DNA of 64,000 bases from assembly GCA_965645245.1 (NCBI GenBank), contig OZ287075.1, positions 992,001 to 1,056,000 of the forward strand. Direction: 5' to 3'. This DNA is from Massalongia carnosa (Eukaryota). Made by a program: the position numbers and the translations under genes. Below, piece after piece: positions 46,567 to 60,469 of this stretch (position 1 is the first letter of the stretch; the number at the start of each line of letters is the position of its first letter). The notes beneath the pieces were generated by a model. That model had not been told where the DNA came from. It saw nothing but the letters and a program-made list of their open reading frames with translations, and ran no database searches.

Positions 46567-49500
46567 ATGAATACGACCCAAGTCAAGGCATCATCGCTTT
46601 CGAAATCGACACTCCCCATGTGTCAGCTATCTGCTCTCTGTGCCGATTTCGTGGGAGGATTCTGCCGCCGTGGAGAAAATTGCCAGAAAAGCCATGAAAT
46701 CTGTGCAATTGCTGAGGCAAAGCCTACGCGTGAAGCACCTATGTTAGATAGTGCACCCAACTTCTTATCCTTAGATCCTAGGTTACATCCATCCAATGGA
46801 CGTGCTTTTGATGACGATGGTCCGGGAAACCTGTCGGGCGCTGGCGCACGGCATCGGAATGACCATGGTAAGGCTCTTCCGTTGGACTATGAAAGACTAC
46901 TGCGCTGACTGAACTTCTTAGTCGATATCTGCGATATCACCATCCTACCGACTACGGACGAGATCCTCAGTAAGAGACCGCCCTTCATGCCAAAGAAAGA
47001 CCATCATACACACCATCTCCTGGGCGGTCCAGCGCGTCATATTGACATTAACTTCCGGCAGCTGCGCTATGAGCATACCGAGTCACTTATTGATATCTGC
47101 TATCATGCAAGCCAACGTCTAGTAAAGCTGCAGTCTACGTCCCAGGTGCCGAACTACGAGTATTCAGCCGAGACTCCCCAAGGCAGACGATACTCCATGT
47201 TTCGAGACGTGGAATTTGTTGAGCTCAGTTTCGAAGAGCACAGGGGAATAGTCGCGCGAATGAGTTTTTCGTGTCCTGCGGCCTTGCGTGGACGAAACCT
47301 TCGCGGATCTGGCCACTTAGAAAGTGGAATGTTAGCTGCTCTCATTGGCATTGATGAGCATGGCACCTCACTTTCTACAACATTCCTTGAGATTGCACTT
47401 TGCCAGAGCACAGAGGCTATGAAACTTCGCACAGGCAATGAATTGCGTGGTAAGTCAATCGTGTTTCCTTTGGTTTCAACCACTAATACTACCAGCATCT
47501 GCTCTTTTCTCATTTGCAGACCGGCAGGATACTGAAGCTGTACGGAGAGTGGTTTATAATATGCAGGGATTGCTATCAGAGAGATTCGTTCTTGTTGAGT
47601 TTCCAGGAGTCCTGCTTGCAGGATTCTCTTTCTGCTTGAAACAACTTCAAAACTTATCCCAAATTGCAGAAGACATTGCGTTTTCTTCGCTCGTTGCACC
47701 ATCATCTAGAAGTTGCAGTCCAACTTTATCTCAACCTGATTATACGACTGCAGATGATTTTGCCTTTAAGTGTGATATTCTTCAAAAAAGAAATGGATCT
47801 GAGAGGTCTTCACCACTTTCTCTTAATCCTAAAGTCCTAGCCCTAGACGACCGCCACCAAAAAGAATTTATCAAGCTTCTTGGAAAACGGACCACACTAG
47901 ACGGTGGTCAGGCAACTGCACTATGTGAAAACTTATGTCGAGGTATGGCCTTCACTCAAGGTCCACCTGGCACTGGTAAAGTTTCGTCTTCTTCTCTTAC
48001 GGGTAACTCTGACGACATCTTATAGGTAAAACATTCCTTGGAGTCGCACTTACAAAGGTAATATTAGCATCGCGAAAGCCCTCAGATCCAAAGCCAATAC
48101 TTGCGGTTTGTATGACCAATCACGCTCTAGACAGCTTTTTAGGAGATCTCCGCAATGCCGGTGTAACTAAGCTTGCAAGACTCGGACGAGGAAGTAAGGA
48201 GGAGTGGATTACGCAATATCAAATCTCTGAATTATCTCGCCAAATGAAGTTAACTCAGTTTGAACGTTCCAATTTAAACTATACTCGACTGCAGGTGGAA
48301 GGTTCGTCGATTTTAGTCCAAAATTAGGTCAACTACTGACTGTGTTGCTCTAGGTCTCACTAGAGAAGGCGTTGGCTGGTGCGAAGCCCTGAATCAAGAC
48401 TCGACTAGTTGGCCTGCAATAAGAGGACATCTAAAGATTAATTACCGAACTGCATATGACAGTTTCGTTAATCTTGAGTGCATCAATGAATCCATACTCT
48501 CCGACATACGGCTCGCCCGAAAAGCAGGTGGGTTTGCGTTCGAGTTTTGGTGTCAAGGAGGTGATATCAAAGATATCAGTCAACTTTTGGATTGCTTCAG
48601 CACCATTCTCGGAAGTAATGAGTCGGTCACCGGTTCGGACGCTGATGATGAGCGTGCTAGAGATAGAGTGCTCGCAGGCATTACGAGAAATGTGAAACAA
48701 GCGTTGGGCACAAGATTGGAAAATGACGTTTGGTGCTTGCCTTTGCAATTGAGACAGCATATGTTGAAGAAATGGAAAGAAGAGGTCAATCCATGGATCA
48801 TTGTCGATCAAACTGTTGAAATTCATCGTCGACATTACTTGGCCGGGCTGAAAAAAAAGGAAGCTAATCAAGGAATCAATGCAAGATGCTTAGCGCAGCA
48901 GGAAGTTATTGGGCTTACGACTACCGCATGCGCAATGAATTGGTCTCTACTAAATCAACTAGGCCTCCAGACTGTAATCTGCGAAGAAGCAGGCGAAGTT
49001 ACGGAAGCTCAAACGTTATGCACCTTGTTTCCCTCGGTTGAGCACGCAATCTTCATTGGAGATCCATTGCAGCTACGGCCTCAGGTAAACGAGCAATCGC
49101 TGTCGTTAGAAACTACGGCTGGCCAGGAATATCGACTAGACGAATCGCTTTTCGAGCGTATGATGCTTCCGTCAGCCCCTGGAGTCCTGCCTCTAGCAAC
49201 TTCGCGTTTGAATCTCCAACGCCGCATGCACCCCGAGATTGCAGATCTCATGAGAGTGACTCTATACCCGTTCTTGCAGGATCACGAATCTACCCATTTA
49301 CATCCACCCGTTGCTGGAATGGTTGAGCGTCTTTGGTGGCTTGATCATCAGCGCCCGGAGGACCGTTCAGACTCGTATTCGGCTACGTCTAAATCATTCT
49401 CTAACTCCTTCGAAGTTGAAATGGCGGTTGAACTGGTTCAATACCTCATGAATACCAATGAGTATGACTTCAACGACATCGCAATCCTAACACCCTACAA

Positions 49501-51981
49501 TGGACAGCTCGCTGCTTTCGCCCAAAGATTGAAGGGGACTTGCTCTGTTTGGCTGAGCGATAAAGATAGGGGAAATCTCATCGATGAAGGGCTCTTAACA
49601 GACGAGACTGGCAAGTTTGGCATCAAGGCCGATGTCGCTATGTCGTCTATGCTGCGTTTGGCAACTATTGATAATTACCAAGGGGAAGAAGCGAAAGTTA
49701 TCATCTTGAGCACAGTAAGGAGTAATGCTGAAGCTCGCATTGGGTTCCTTAAGACCAGCAACAGAATCAATGTGGCCTGCAGTAGGGCGCGTAATGGATT
49801 CTTCATAATCGGCAATGCCTCGCTGATGAAAGGTGTGAAAATGTGGGATAAAATTGTGAACCATTTAACTAAGAAATCTAAGATCGGAAACAGTTTCCAA
49901 GCATGCTGTTCTAGACATCGGGAACAAACTTACGTCATTAAGGATCCCAGAGACTTCGATCAGATTCCAACCTGCAAAGTTTCTTGCGAGTCACAACTCT
50001 CTTGTGGCCACTCCTGCAAAGATGTATGCCACGCAGAATCGCTGCATAGCCGTAAGGCATGCCTCGAACCTTGCAACAAACACCACGAATCTTGCGGCCA
50101 TCAATGCTCCAAAATTTGCAGCGAACGCTGCGGAGAGTGCTCTTTTCAGCTCCCATCTGTTAAGCTTCCCTGTGGCCATGCACAAAAAATGACCTGTATA
50201 GATCTGCAGGCAAAGAAAAAAGTAGTCTGTGATTTTACAGTCGCTTCCGTTGTTCTCGATTGCGGCCATTCTCATAACCAACTTTGCTCTTCCAAAGATG
50301 AACCGATTATTTGCCAACTCAAGTGTGAGAGTCCTCTGGATTGTGGCCATCGTTGTCCTGGACGCTGTTCGGATTGCAAATCAACATCAAGTCATGCGAC
50401 ATGTGTGAGAGCTTGTGAGAAGGAGCATGAATGTGGTCATAAGTGTGCTGCGCCATGTCATGCTAGCAGCTGTCCTCCTTGCCAGCTCACATGCGAGAAA
50501 TCGTGTGAACATGGTAGCTGCTCGAGGCCGTGCAATCAAATCTGCGATCCCTGCGTCAAACCATGCAGCTGGACATGTGAACATCTCGGACCGTGTCCTA
50601 CAATGTGTAGCCTTCCATGTGGTCGAGTCCCGTGTAACGAACCTTGCGACCAAATACTACTCTGCGGCCATTTATGCCCCAGTTTGTGTGGAGAGCGTTG
50701 CGCAAGAAAATGTCCTCAATGTCAAACAGGATCCATGCCTGAAAAGGTGCAGATATATTTGAAGTGTGGGCACCACTTTGATCTGGCAATAATAGACGCG
50801 CACGTGGGCCTTAGCAACGTTTATGATATAGACAGTATGGATATTATCAAGCGTCCCTTGCTCCGTTTCTCCACTATTAAAGGTTTGGATAACAGAGCTT
50901 GCTGCTGCCCGGAGTGCGGTGAATCTTGTGATGACGTTCGACGATATGCCATCTTCAAGCAGCTTCGTGCGCTGCCCGATACCATCGATCGCCTATATGC
51001 TAAAATGGGGAGGAAAATGGAAATGTTCATGGACTGGATCATTCGCACGAGGGAGGATCTGCAAAATTCATTCGAGGATTTCTGCAAGAAGTTGCGACCG
51101 GGTCCTCTTAATGGCAAAACGAATGAGCGCTGGGTTAGAGATCGTGGCAATGCTATGATGGAGGTCCAACGGAAAATTGTAAATTTTAGAGGTATGCAAC
51201 ATCCCTTTCGCTTTGGAAGACCAAGTGTTAAATCATAGCAGACGATGTTGTGGTCAGATTCGAAACTGATTTAGCCCGTTTGGTCGACTTCCTTGGCAAT
51301 TCTAAGATTCTTGCTAGGTTAACCCTTCCCTTTAAAATTAGACATGATTCGCTCTACTATCGATGTCGACTCGTTACGTTGGAAGAATCTGTCCGCATGT
51401 GTGGCTTATCAGTAACATTGGGGCAAACCTCTCACCATATGGCTACACTATTTCAAGGCCTTCGAGAGATTACCACCGACCAGGCTCTTCAAAACACCGA
51501 GCAAATTGAATCGACCATCGCAGATTGTGAGGCTCGAAATCTAAAGCGCCTTGAGGTCGAGCTACGTCTGCTACAAGTTTCATTTCACATCGTCCTTATG
51601 AGACTCGGTGACACAAGCAACGTTGACATCAAAGCTTGCTTGGACCAAGTACAAACACTGTGCACCCAATACCCAGATACCGCCGGTGTATTCGCTCCAA
51701 TCTATCGGTCGCTGAAGCTATCGTATGAAGGTCAGCCGCCGACGAAGGAACTTTACAGCCGGGATGGAAGAGAATTTTGGCGACAATGGGGAAAATACGA
51801 AGTCGGACACCTTACTTATTGCATACTTGGTCATCCATACTCGAACAAAACCTTCAATGCATGCCCTGAATGTGGAAGAAAGGTGGACAAGAGGCCCAAA
51901 ACCGAAACGATCGACTACGGAAAGTTTTTGCATGAGAACGCGTTTCTCGCACAGATGCTGAGAATGAAGGTGAATGCATAA
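46567..51981 (+). CDS. ZNFX1-like SF1 RNA helicase with CCCH, NFX1-type zinc fingers and a shortened RZ-like finger, ~1700 aa
   Basis: CADFVGGFCRRGENCQKSH; RHRNDH|VDICDITILPT; Walker A QGPPGTG|KT split by an intron; MTNHALD; ICEEAGEV; IGDPLQLRP; LQRRMHPEI; LTPYNGQ; TIDNYQGEE; RINVACSRA; many CGH repeats; CILGHPY...CPECG. Confidence 0.9.
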
Positions 51982-53402
51982 GGTAAAGGTCAAAGCATGG
52001 CTGATTTAATTAGGCTGCTGAGCAGACGTTTCGGGTTAATTTGTATCATCAGCCTATCTAGCTTCATCAATTTGATCATCCTTTGGATGTCAAAGTTGAT
52101 ACCATTACATGAAGAAATATTTTTCTCTCTAACGCTGCCTCACCCTTATTTAAAGTCTTTGTGGTTTTCGGTTCCTTGGTGTTTGTGAAAGACAGCTTTG
52201 GGTAATATCAATCAAGGTATGATTCGTTCGGCTTTACAACAACGGAGTTCATATCCAGCTCTAAAGCTTTTTCTGTCTGTCTTAACACTTTTTGGCATCG
52301 TTGTATGATATCTTCACGCCTCCCTATGGCTCTCCTTTTCTTCCCGTTCCCGTTTCCGTTTCCCTGTCCGTCTCAATTCCAGTTTGTAATCATCACCTTG
52401 CATTTAGGAATGCTATATGTCTTTAGCCTCCAGAAATAGAAGGAAAGGTACGTTAAAGATGAAGAGCAGATCATTCCATAAGGGACAGCAATTGGTGAGA
52501 ATGACGGTTAATGGGAGCGAGGAGATGTAGGAAGGCTTTTTAGATAAGTACATAATATGAGGATGAAGAGAGGGCTTTTACGGAAAAACATTCGTGGATA
52601 CCTAGGCATGGAACAACGGGGAGTTAGCTGCATGACGGAATCTAACGATAAGATAGGTTATGTATCAAAGCTTTTGGTATCCACGTAGTCCCCCTTGATG
52701 TATTTAAGATCATTGGACCTGAACTCATAGGTTGTGGATGAGAAGTCGTGTTGTATCTCTGATGCATCATCCTTTCTGCCCATCAGTCTGCCTAGCATAG
52801 TCCAGCTTAAGCTTAAAAACACAGGGTACGGCATCTTTCATTGTACTCGAATTCGACAAATCCCGTTTGGTGATGGGAAACCAAGGTTCCGGCCGCTGAC
52901 CTCATCACTCTGTCGATCCGATACGCGAGAGATCTGTTAGGGCAAGTGGCTGGATACGTACAAGGTACCACTGCCGAGTCTTGAGCAGTACCTTACGACT
53001 TGATGTACCTATCTACCTACCTTCTACCTCAATGACGCAGAAGAGCAAAGAGCTAGGATTAAGGAGACGCCAAATGATGCAATGGGTGCGGTGGAGGGAT
53101 CCGATTGATCGATCCATCTTCGATTCCGCCCGTGGGAACTGGGGAGGATGCTTTCCGGGCAGGGAAGCCGACATGGATGATATCATGACATTGCACCACC
53201 GCCGTGCCGAGGGTGCGCCATCAGAGCCTGGCTGACGTCGTGTGGAGAGAGGACGATGATGCAACTTGTTAGAGGGGACATAAAGTCCTTTCTTTCCCAA
53301 CTGCACATTTTTCGTCTCAATACAATCCGACACATACTAAATTTCAAACCGATCCATCTTCACCAATTTAAATCTACCTAGTCCACTCAATTTCCACCCA
53401 TC

Positions 53403-53810
53403 ATGTCTTCAGCGGACGATCGATATGAAGAGAAGAACGACAGAGTTTCCGGCGATGCTCCAACCGGTGATGTCAAAGATAACTCGTACACAAGCCGCTC
53501 CGGCCAGTATCAAATTCCCGTCCAGAAAGACGAGTATCCCGTGGATGATCCCATCGATCCTGCTACTGCCGACTCCGATGAGACCCTCGGTATGATCTTC
53601 CTAATGCACCTTATAGGGGAATTTTCCTCCACGTGGATGCTAACATGAAATTTCATTACGACAGCCAAGGATGAGGCGGACGCAATCGATCAGAGTAATA
53701 TCTTAAGTGGCGGGCGCACTCGGGGCGCGAAGCCGGTGGGGACTTACAAGGAGCCTGGGGATGAAGAGGGCCTTCCGGGACCGGAGGATGGAACATCTAG
53801 TACACGGTAG
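53403..53810 (+). CDS. Small acidic protein with a CHZ-like (histone chaperone) motif, 2 exons
   Basis: IPVQKDEYPVDDPIDPATADSDETL|AKDEADAIDQSNILSGGRTRGAKP...EPGDEEGLP; intron ~53590-53663. Confidence 0.75.
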
Positions 53811-54862
53811 GGCAAGGGATGGCAAGGAGTTTGGAGTGACGAGGGATGTTGCCGGTCTGGGTAGGATGGCTGTTGTAATTCAGTTATATATAGCATTGCT
53901 TTGGAAGTGAATGATAATAGTCATGGTAATATGCGCTTATGTGTTTGATTGTTGCACGGATCGGATTTAGTATACTCGCTGTCAGGTTTTAGAACAAAAG
54001 GCATCCATATGACATCGAAAGTTGACAGGTATTTGAATGCACACGGTGCTTTCTAATCGGTGACTGATGTTCCAACCATATTTCATTATGTTGGAACGTA
54101 TATCCCTCTGTGGATATACATGTGTTCTTACTTATCCTCCTGCCTGTCATCTGCTTCGGCGTAGGGATGAGTGAGCGATGAAAGTAAATTAAAGCGAGCG
54201 TGCTTGACCGAGCAATGTGATTACCTTATAGAGTATCTCATTAAGGATGGAATCTTAGCCAATGCCTCCCTATAACCTCCCTATTTTAGTGTCTTACTCC
54301 CTGTTCGTTCGTGCTCTCAGTAAGCGCCCTGTTTCATACGAAGTAACCACTTTCGTTTTCTCGACGAATCAACAGCGCGGAAGATTGGGCGCTAAGCCTG
54401 CTTAATTGCTAAGTTATCCAGTCACCTGCATGATGCATAAGTACACAAACCCGGATAGTCACGTGATACCCCCTATCCTCCTCATCATACGCGTGAACTC
54501 TATTAATAGCCGCCTTGCTGATTGAGGGCGTCAAACAGTCAAGCGCTTTCCTGATCCATCCTGTTGCTGCAGGGCTCTTTTGCGAGGGGGCGAGAGGAGG
54601 GGAAGGGGGGGGATGAGATACGGGGAGTGGGATTGGAATATGTGTAAGGGGTTTCCGACCTTGTTCCTGTTCATGTTGTTCTTTTGTCGATATTTGGCAA
54701 TAGACTCGGTTTTACAGAGCTTGAAAAATCTCCTGAAGCTCCTACCATTACATTTCTTCCACTGCAATTGGTAGCATCAGTGCCAATTTAGGTCATTCGA
54801 AATTTCTCATTTTGAGCTTGGGGAGCATACCGTCTTCAACGAGGTCTTTTGAACATCCGCCA

Positions 54863-56797
54863 ATGGCCTCACCCCAAGGAGACCGCGCGAAGCCCAAGGG
54901 CATATTACGCAATTCAATCAAGCCCCCAAAGGACAATGAGTTTGAGATGTTCAAGGTGCCCAAGGGCCTCGGCGAGTCGCGAGGAGTGGTGATAGCAATT
55001 GAAGAAACAGGTTCATCCACATTCATCCTCTCTACACCTCCAAAGACGCACATTCCTAGAATACCGACACCCGAGGCACCGGCGAAGCCAGATGCTTCAA
55101 AACGATCAGAGCCGGTGGGAGAAGGACATGATCAGAGGTCCATCATGCCACTGAACGCATTGCCTCCGCCGCCTCTACGCAGTCGCGCAACGTCACCGGC
55201 GGGGTCAAGATCTCCTTCGCGCTCGCATGCCAGCTCACCTACTCTGGTGCGGAGCGCAAGCCATGCATCGAGTGGTTCATATTCTCCAGTGATGCGATCA
55301 ATGTTCCCTCGCTATGATCCTAAAGTTCCACTTGCGAGGCAGCATTACTATCCTACCAACGAGAGCAACCGCGGCTCCGCAAACGTGCGACTTGAGGTGC
55401 CAGGAGCTTCAACTTATAGTGCGAGCATGTATTCGCAGGGTGGAAACTCGAACACGAACTCCTTCCGTGCCAACGAGGGAAACACGAATGTGATGTCAAA
55501 CCGTACGCCCAACTGGCCACTTCAATCGCCCGAGAATTCCGTGCTCACACCGACTCTTTCCACCCCTGAGGAGCTCCTTGACCTATGGAGTGTTGCCAAC
55601 GGGCAATCGAGCCTAGAAGCAGCAGAGATATATACCTTGGGATTAAGCTGGTATGATATCCCGTCCCGTCTAGAAAGCAACCTTGGCTGACTCCTCCCAA
55701 GCCCCAGCCTGACCCTAACCCAAGAAATCATCTCCCTCACATCCTCCACCTCTCAACCTCTCTACCAGCTCCGCGCCGACGGAACCACCCTCCGAATCTC
55801 CCGCCTCCACCCGTTGAACCCGCTAACAAGCATCCCCATCAGCGCCTCCGAAATCTCCACCCTCACCCACAACAACCCCATCGTTTCCACCATCTTCCCC
55901 AAATTCGCCGAGCTCATGGCGCTAGACCAATCCTCCTCTATCGCCGTGGATCACCGCCTCGACCGCCACGCCAGCGCTGACTTGCAAGCCGAAGCTCTTG
56001 ATCGCGCGTATCGCCAGGAAGCCTCCACTTTGTTCTGGGACACGGATTCGGAACGCTACTATCTGATCCACCCGACCCTTTCTCCCGGGAACAACCCCGC
56101 CACGTTCGCCATCGAGTCCACGCCTGCGGAGATTAAATTCTTCACGCCCAGTGACCCCCCGGTTCCTATCCTCAGCCTGTCCTTCGCTTCCCTGGTCATC
56201 ACCCTCCACACAAAACCCCTCTTGCACCTGCAATCCCTTTACATCCTCGACACCCTCCTCACCACCCTCCTCACCCTCCTCCTCCATCTCCACCGCTCTT
56301 CCCCTTCCCCCTCCCCCCTTGCACAAGCAATCCCAGCCCTCTCCCCCGCCTACCCCCCTCCCCCACCCCTCAAATCACCCTCCCACCCATCCCCTTCACT
56401 CTCTCACCCCCCTTCCCAACCCACCCCCCCAACCTTTTTCTCCCTCCTTAAATTCCCCAAACGGTCCAAGCGAAAATCCAAAACTCCCCATGACGAAGAA
56501 TCCACCACCACCGCCCCACCCCCACAACCAAAACAACACCCCTCGCCACCCCCGAACCTTCACCTCTCCCTTCCCTCTCCCTCCCCCTCTCTCTCCTCCT
56601 CCCCATCCGGAACGATCAAACCGAGCACGTATGACCTCCCCACCGACCCCCCCTTGGAGAAACCCCCCCGTATCACGCGCGCGGTGCTCCGGCTGCTCTA
56701 CTGGGCGTTTAGCGTCGTGGTCTGGGCGCTCGGGCTGGGTGTCCGTGTCCTGGCGAAGACGATCGTGGCCATGGGGAGGTGCGTGGCGCGGTTATGA
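54863..56797 (+). CDS. Conserved fungal hypothetical Pro-rich protein with C-terminal hydrophobic segment, 2 exons
   Basis: ORFs 54812..55690 and 55814..56797 are joined by an intron near 55651-55700. Motifs MRSMFPRYDPKVPLARQHYYP and IFPKFAELMALDQSS. Confidence 0.7.
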
Positions 56798-58859
56798 ATG
56801 GCCGGTGGGGGGGTTTTTAGGAATGGGATGGGATGCGGAAAACTTGGGGCATTTCGCCGCTCGGGCGGGTAGAAAAGGGAAGGAGGGGGGGGTTGGGGTT
56901 TAGGATTTTTCTTCTTCTTGTCTTTATGTCTCGTTCATCATTTACATAGTTAGGCAGAAAGCCGTATGTAAACCCGGCTTTTTCTTATCCTTTATTACCT
57001 CGTTTCTAAAAAATTAAATAAATAAATAAATCCAAATATTAAAAACAAGAACAACCCCCCCCTCTAATCCAAGAGAACCGAGCAATACCCGTCCTTTCAT
57101 TTTATTACTAAACACCTCCAACCTCCATCCTCCAATCTCCAATATTATCGATCGATCGACTCCTGCCCTGACATGCCCTGGCTTTATATACATATACGTA
57201 ATTAACTAACCAACTAACTAACGGGGGGAGGGGGTTAGCTTGTAAGTTTTGTTAATTTTGCTGTTGGTATTGTTCGTGATGGTGGTGTTATGCGTTGGAG
57301 GGGTGGGTCACAATATGTGTTTGTGTGAGAGAGAGAGAGAAAGACACAGTCTAAGAGGTTGGCTTGTAGGTAGGTTTGGCTTATACAGACAAAGGTTGGC
57401 TTAAACAAGAAACAGGAATGAGGAAAGAGGAAAGAGGAAATTGAATGAATAGTGAGTGAGTGGCCCATTTCCATCTCTCTGTCCATCTACCCGACCAATC
57501 GACAAAAGCGAGTAAACCCGATAACGCGAAGAGGGCGGAGGTATTTGGCGGCGGAAAAAGGGGGGGGGGAGAGGAGGAAAAGGAATGCAATGTAATAAAT
57601 GGAATATCTGTGTAATGTAAAAAGATGGTATGTATGTATGGGCAAATGGGCAAAATGGACAAGGGGAGAGATTCCGAGCCAAGCGGAGACGACAAAACAG
57701 GCAGGCAGGCAAGCCTACATATATACATACCTAACTAATTACGACCTACAAAAACGCACGTCACGGCAAAAAAGCGCACAATGGTTCTGCCACGAGGGAG
57801 CGGGGAGTAAGGTGGCCTAACTAAAAGCTTCTCTCATCCTTCTAGCAAGTCATATCGAGAGCTAAAAGCAAAGAAAACATGATACACAAGGAGGGAGGGG
57901 GGTTGCCACATCGAAGACAATGGAAGAAAAAAATGGGCCCATGAAGAGCGTTCTGTGAGGGATTCGAAAAAGAATCAATGAAAAAAAGAAAAAAAACTAA
58001 AACTCCCCAGGCTTTAGGAGGGGAGGTGTTTTTTTCCCTCTTCTTTTCTTCTTCTCTCGTCCCTAGTTCACATTCAGCTCGGAACCAAAAATTTCTTGTT
58101 CTCTTTGCGGCGACTTTGAGCTGGCGGTCTACCAACACACACGTGCAGACATTTCTGTTTCCATCCGGGGCTAGATTTCCCCTTTATCCCATCGACCAGC
58201 AAAAGCCAACTATGTTTGTCATTATCCAAGAACTAACGGGCAAAAAAAATTAATTTTCTTGCGAGGCGGGAGTCGCAGGGCTCTTGGAAGTGGAGGGTCA
58301 GGTTATTTCTCTTTTGAGGAGAAAGATCCGGGTCCTGGGTTCGCAGCATGGTGAAATGGATGGGGGAAAACTTGGTGAAATTAGGGAGATGGGGGTGCTA
58401 GGCTTGAAATTGGTTGCAAATTATCATTCTTTCTGCTGACTTTTCGACCCCGCAATCTCGGTAATCCTTTATCTCTAAAAAGAATCAGGAGAAGGAGAGA
58501 GAAGAGAAGAAAAGGTCGCACAAGAGAGGCGATTAAGGCGGCGCAGTCGATTAAGAAATGACGCACAGTCGTTGATTGAGTGGAGGGTTTTGTGTTCGTC
58601 GAACAGGCCTCGGAATAAACCGAAGCCATCAATCACCAGGAATGAGGCGGCCAACCTCAAGAATTAGGGTGAGAAAGTGGAGTGTTGAATTGGACACAAG
58701 CTCGCCGGCTTCCAGAAATGAAAGTGGAGTTCTCTCGATCGGGGCGACATTCTAGGTGAGAGAGAGGAACGGATTCCCTTGATGCGTTTACTTTCTTTAT
58801 CAATCTTGCTTCTTACGGATCTCGAGGATCTGAGACGTTGCGATGAGCGAGTAGCCAGG

Positions 58860-59875
58860 TTAGATGGATTTTGGAGACCGGTTGTTGGTGCTATATTTAT
58901 GTTAGGATGAAGCTTGAGGTACGATAGGAAAAGGAGACTAACATTTCCACAATGTCATCAACATGATTACACATCGCTACAAACAGATCAAAAAACCTGG
59001 CATCAAGTCAGTCGCCTCGATTTCGTACTACGCCCTCAATTAGAAACCCACAATTTGCTTCCACCTATTTCCATCTCCATCTGCATGGTTCCGCTCCTCT
59101 TGAATGTCTTGCGGCTCCGGATTATTAGGGCTAGGTAATGAGCGCGTAGCCTCGAGTCTGTGTCTGGAGTGTTATCATACGCATAGCGAGCCGATCGTAA
59201 GATCACATCAATCTGAATTCCGGACTGAAGGCCTTGTTTCCGAAGAGAAAGGCGCTTCAGTTCCTCCAGACCGAATGTCTCGGCAGTGCAGTAAATGGCG
59301 GTATCCTTGAGCAAGACGCCGCCCACACCATTGTGGTAAATTGTCGACTCAACGGATCCGCGGCCACCAAAGTTATCGGGGTCCTGAGCATCTTCGAGTT
59401 CCCAAGAGTTACGACGCTTGTTATGTAACAGGCGTGGGTAATAGTCTCCCTTGTAGAGGTATTCTAGGACGCAGGAAATGATCTCGGGTTCTCTGCAGAT
59501 TTGTTAGACAGTCTATAGGAATAGTGGTTGAGTACATACTCGTTAGGTAACTCGACCTTCTTCGATGCGCTTTCGTAGAACTGAGCCTTGAGAGCAGCGG
59601 TGAAAAATGGTGAGATAGATAGAACATCCTCATGAGCAGCGAAAAGACGCTGATCATGACCCACGATCAAGGTGACAATGGGGCTAGTCAGAGTGCTGCG
59701 GTTGCAAACCAACATCAGCCTTGCTTATATATTATTATCGACATACTCACCTCCCAACTGGCGGACTATTTATTTTCTGTTGCAGCCTGACTTTCGTGTG
59801 CTCGCGATACGACCTCTTGCTCGACTTGACCGCCTTGGTCGCGCGTTCCTTGGTATGAAAGGAGCGCTTGAACAT
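58860..59875 (-). CDS. BTB/POZ domain protein, ~5 exons
   Basis: SPIVTLIVGHDQRLFAAHEDVLSISPFF; EPEIISCVLEYLYKGDYYP; ILRSARYAYDNTPDTDSRLRAHYL. Spliced end ...NNRSPKSI* at 58860. Confidence 0.88.
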
Positions 59876-60469
59876 TTTGATCGAGAACGAATGGTGTGTT
59901 TGTCGAAGTCGGGTTTGCGATTGTGGATGAAAGAGAGGCGAGGATGGAAGAAGAATCCCGGTGTTGAAAAATGAGTGGAACAAGTGGGCTTTCAAAGTCG
60001 AAATGACGCTTCGCACGCACGTTGCATATGGGAGACCTTCGGAAGCCTTTCAGGACAGTCCTCCTTTCTCTTCGATCGAGGAACGCAAGGTTCTCGAAGG
60101 AAGATCAAGAGGAATCCTGAAGAGACTCTGCGCACGAGAATCTGCTGGTGAGATTGACCCGTGGTGATGTGTTCGTCCGGCTCTTGAAGAGAAGCGTAAA
60201 GAAGAAAAGCTAAGAGGGATTCGCGGGGCATGTTAAAGTAGGCATCGCGCGGATCAGGTGATCATTTGACTCAAGGTGCTGATTGGTGGTACCTTGCAAG
60301 GCTTGCGTAAGAGCGGCTGCATGCAACAATGACTCGACTTCGAGTGATTCGCCAGAAGTGTAGATGGTGGCCTTGGGATTTATCGTAAACAATTCAGGCT
60401 GGCCGAGCTACCGTATACGCTAAGCCACTCTAAGGTTTTTGAGTTCTCCGTTGGACTTTCAGGGACAGG

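Noticed and set aside
56151..56903. 250-aa Pro/Ser-rich ORF
   Set aside because: Alternative frame of a C-rich exon that lacks stop codons because of its composition.
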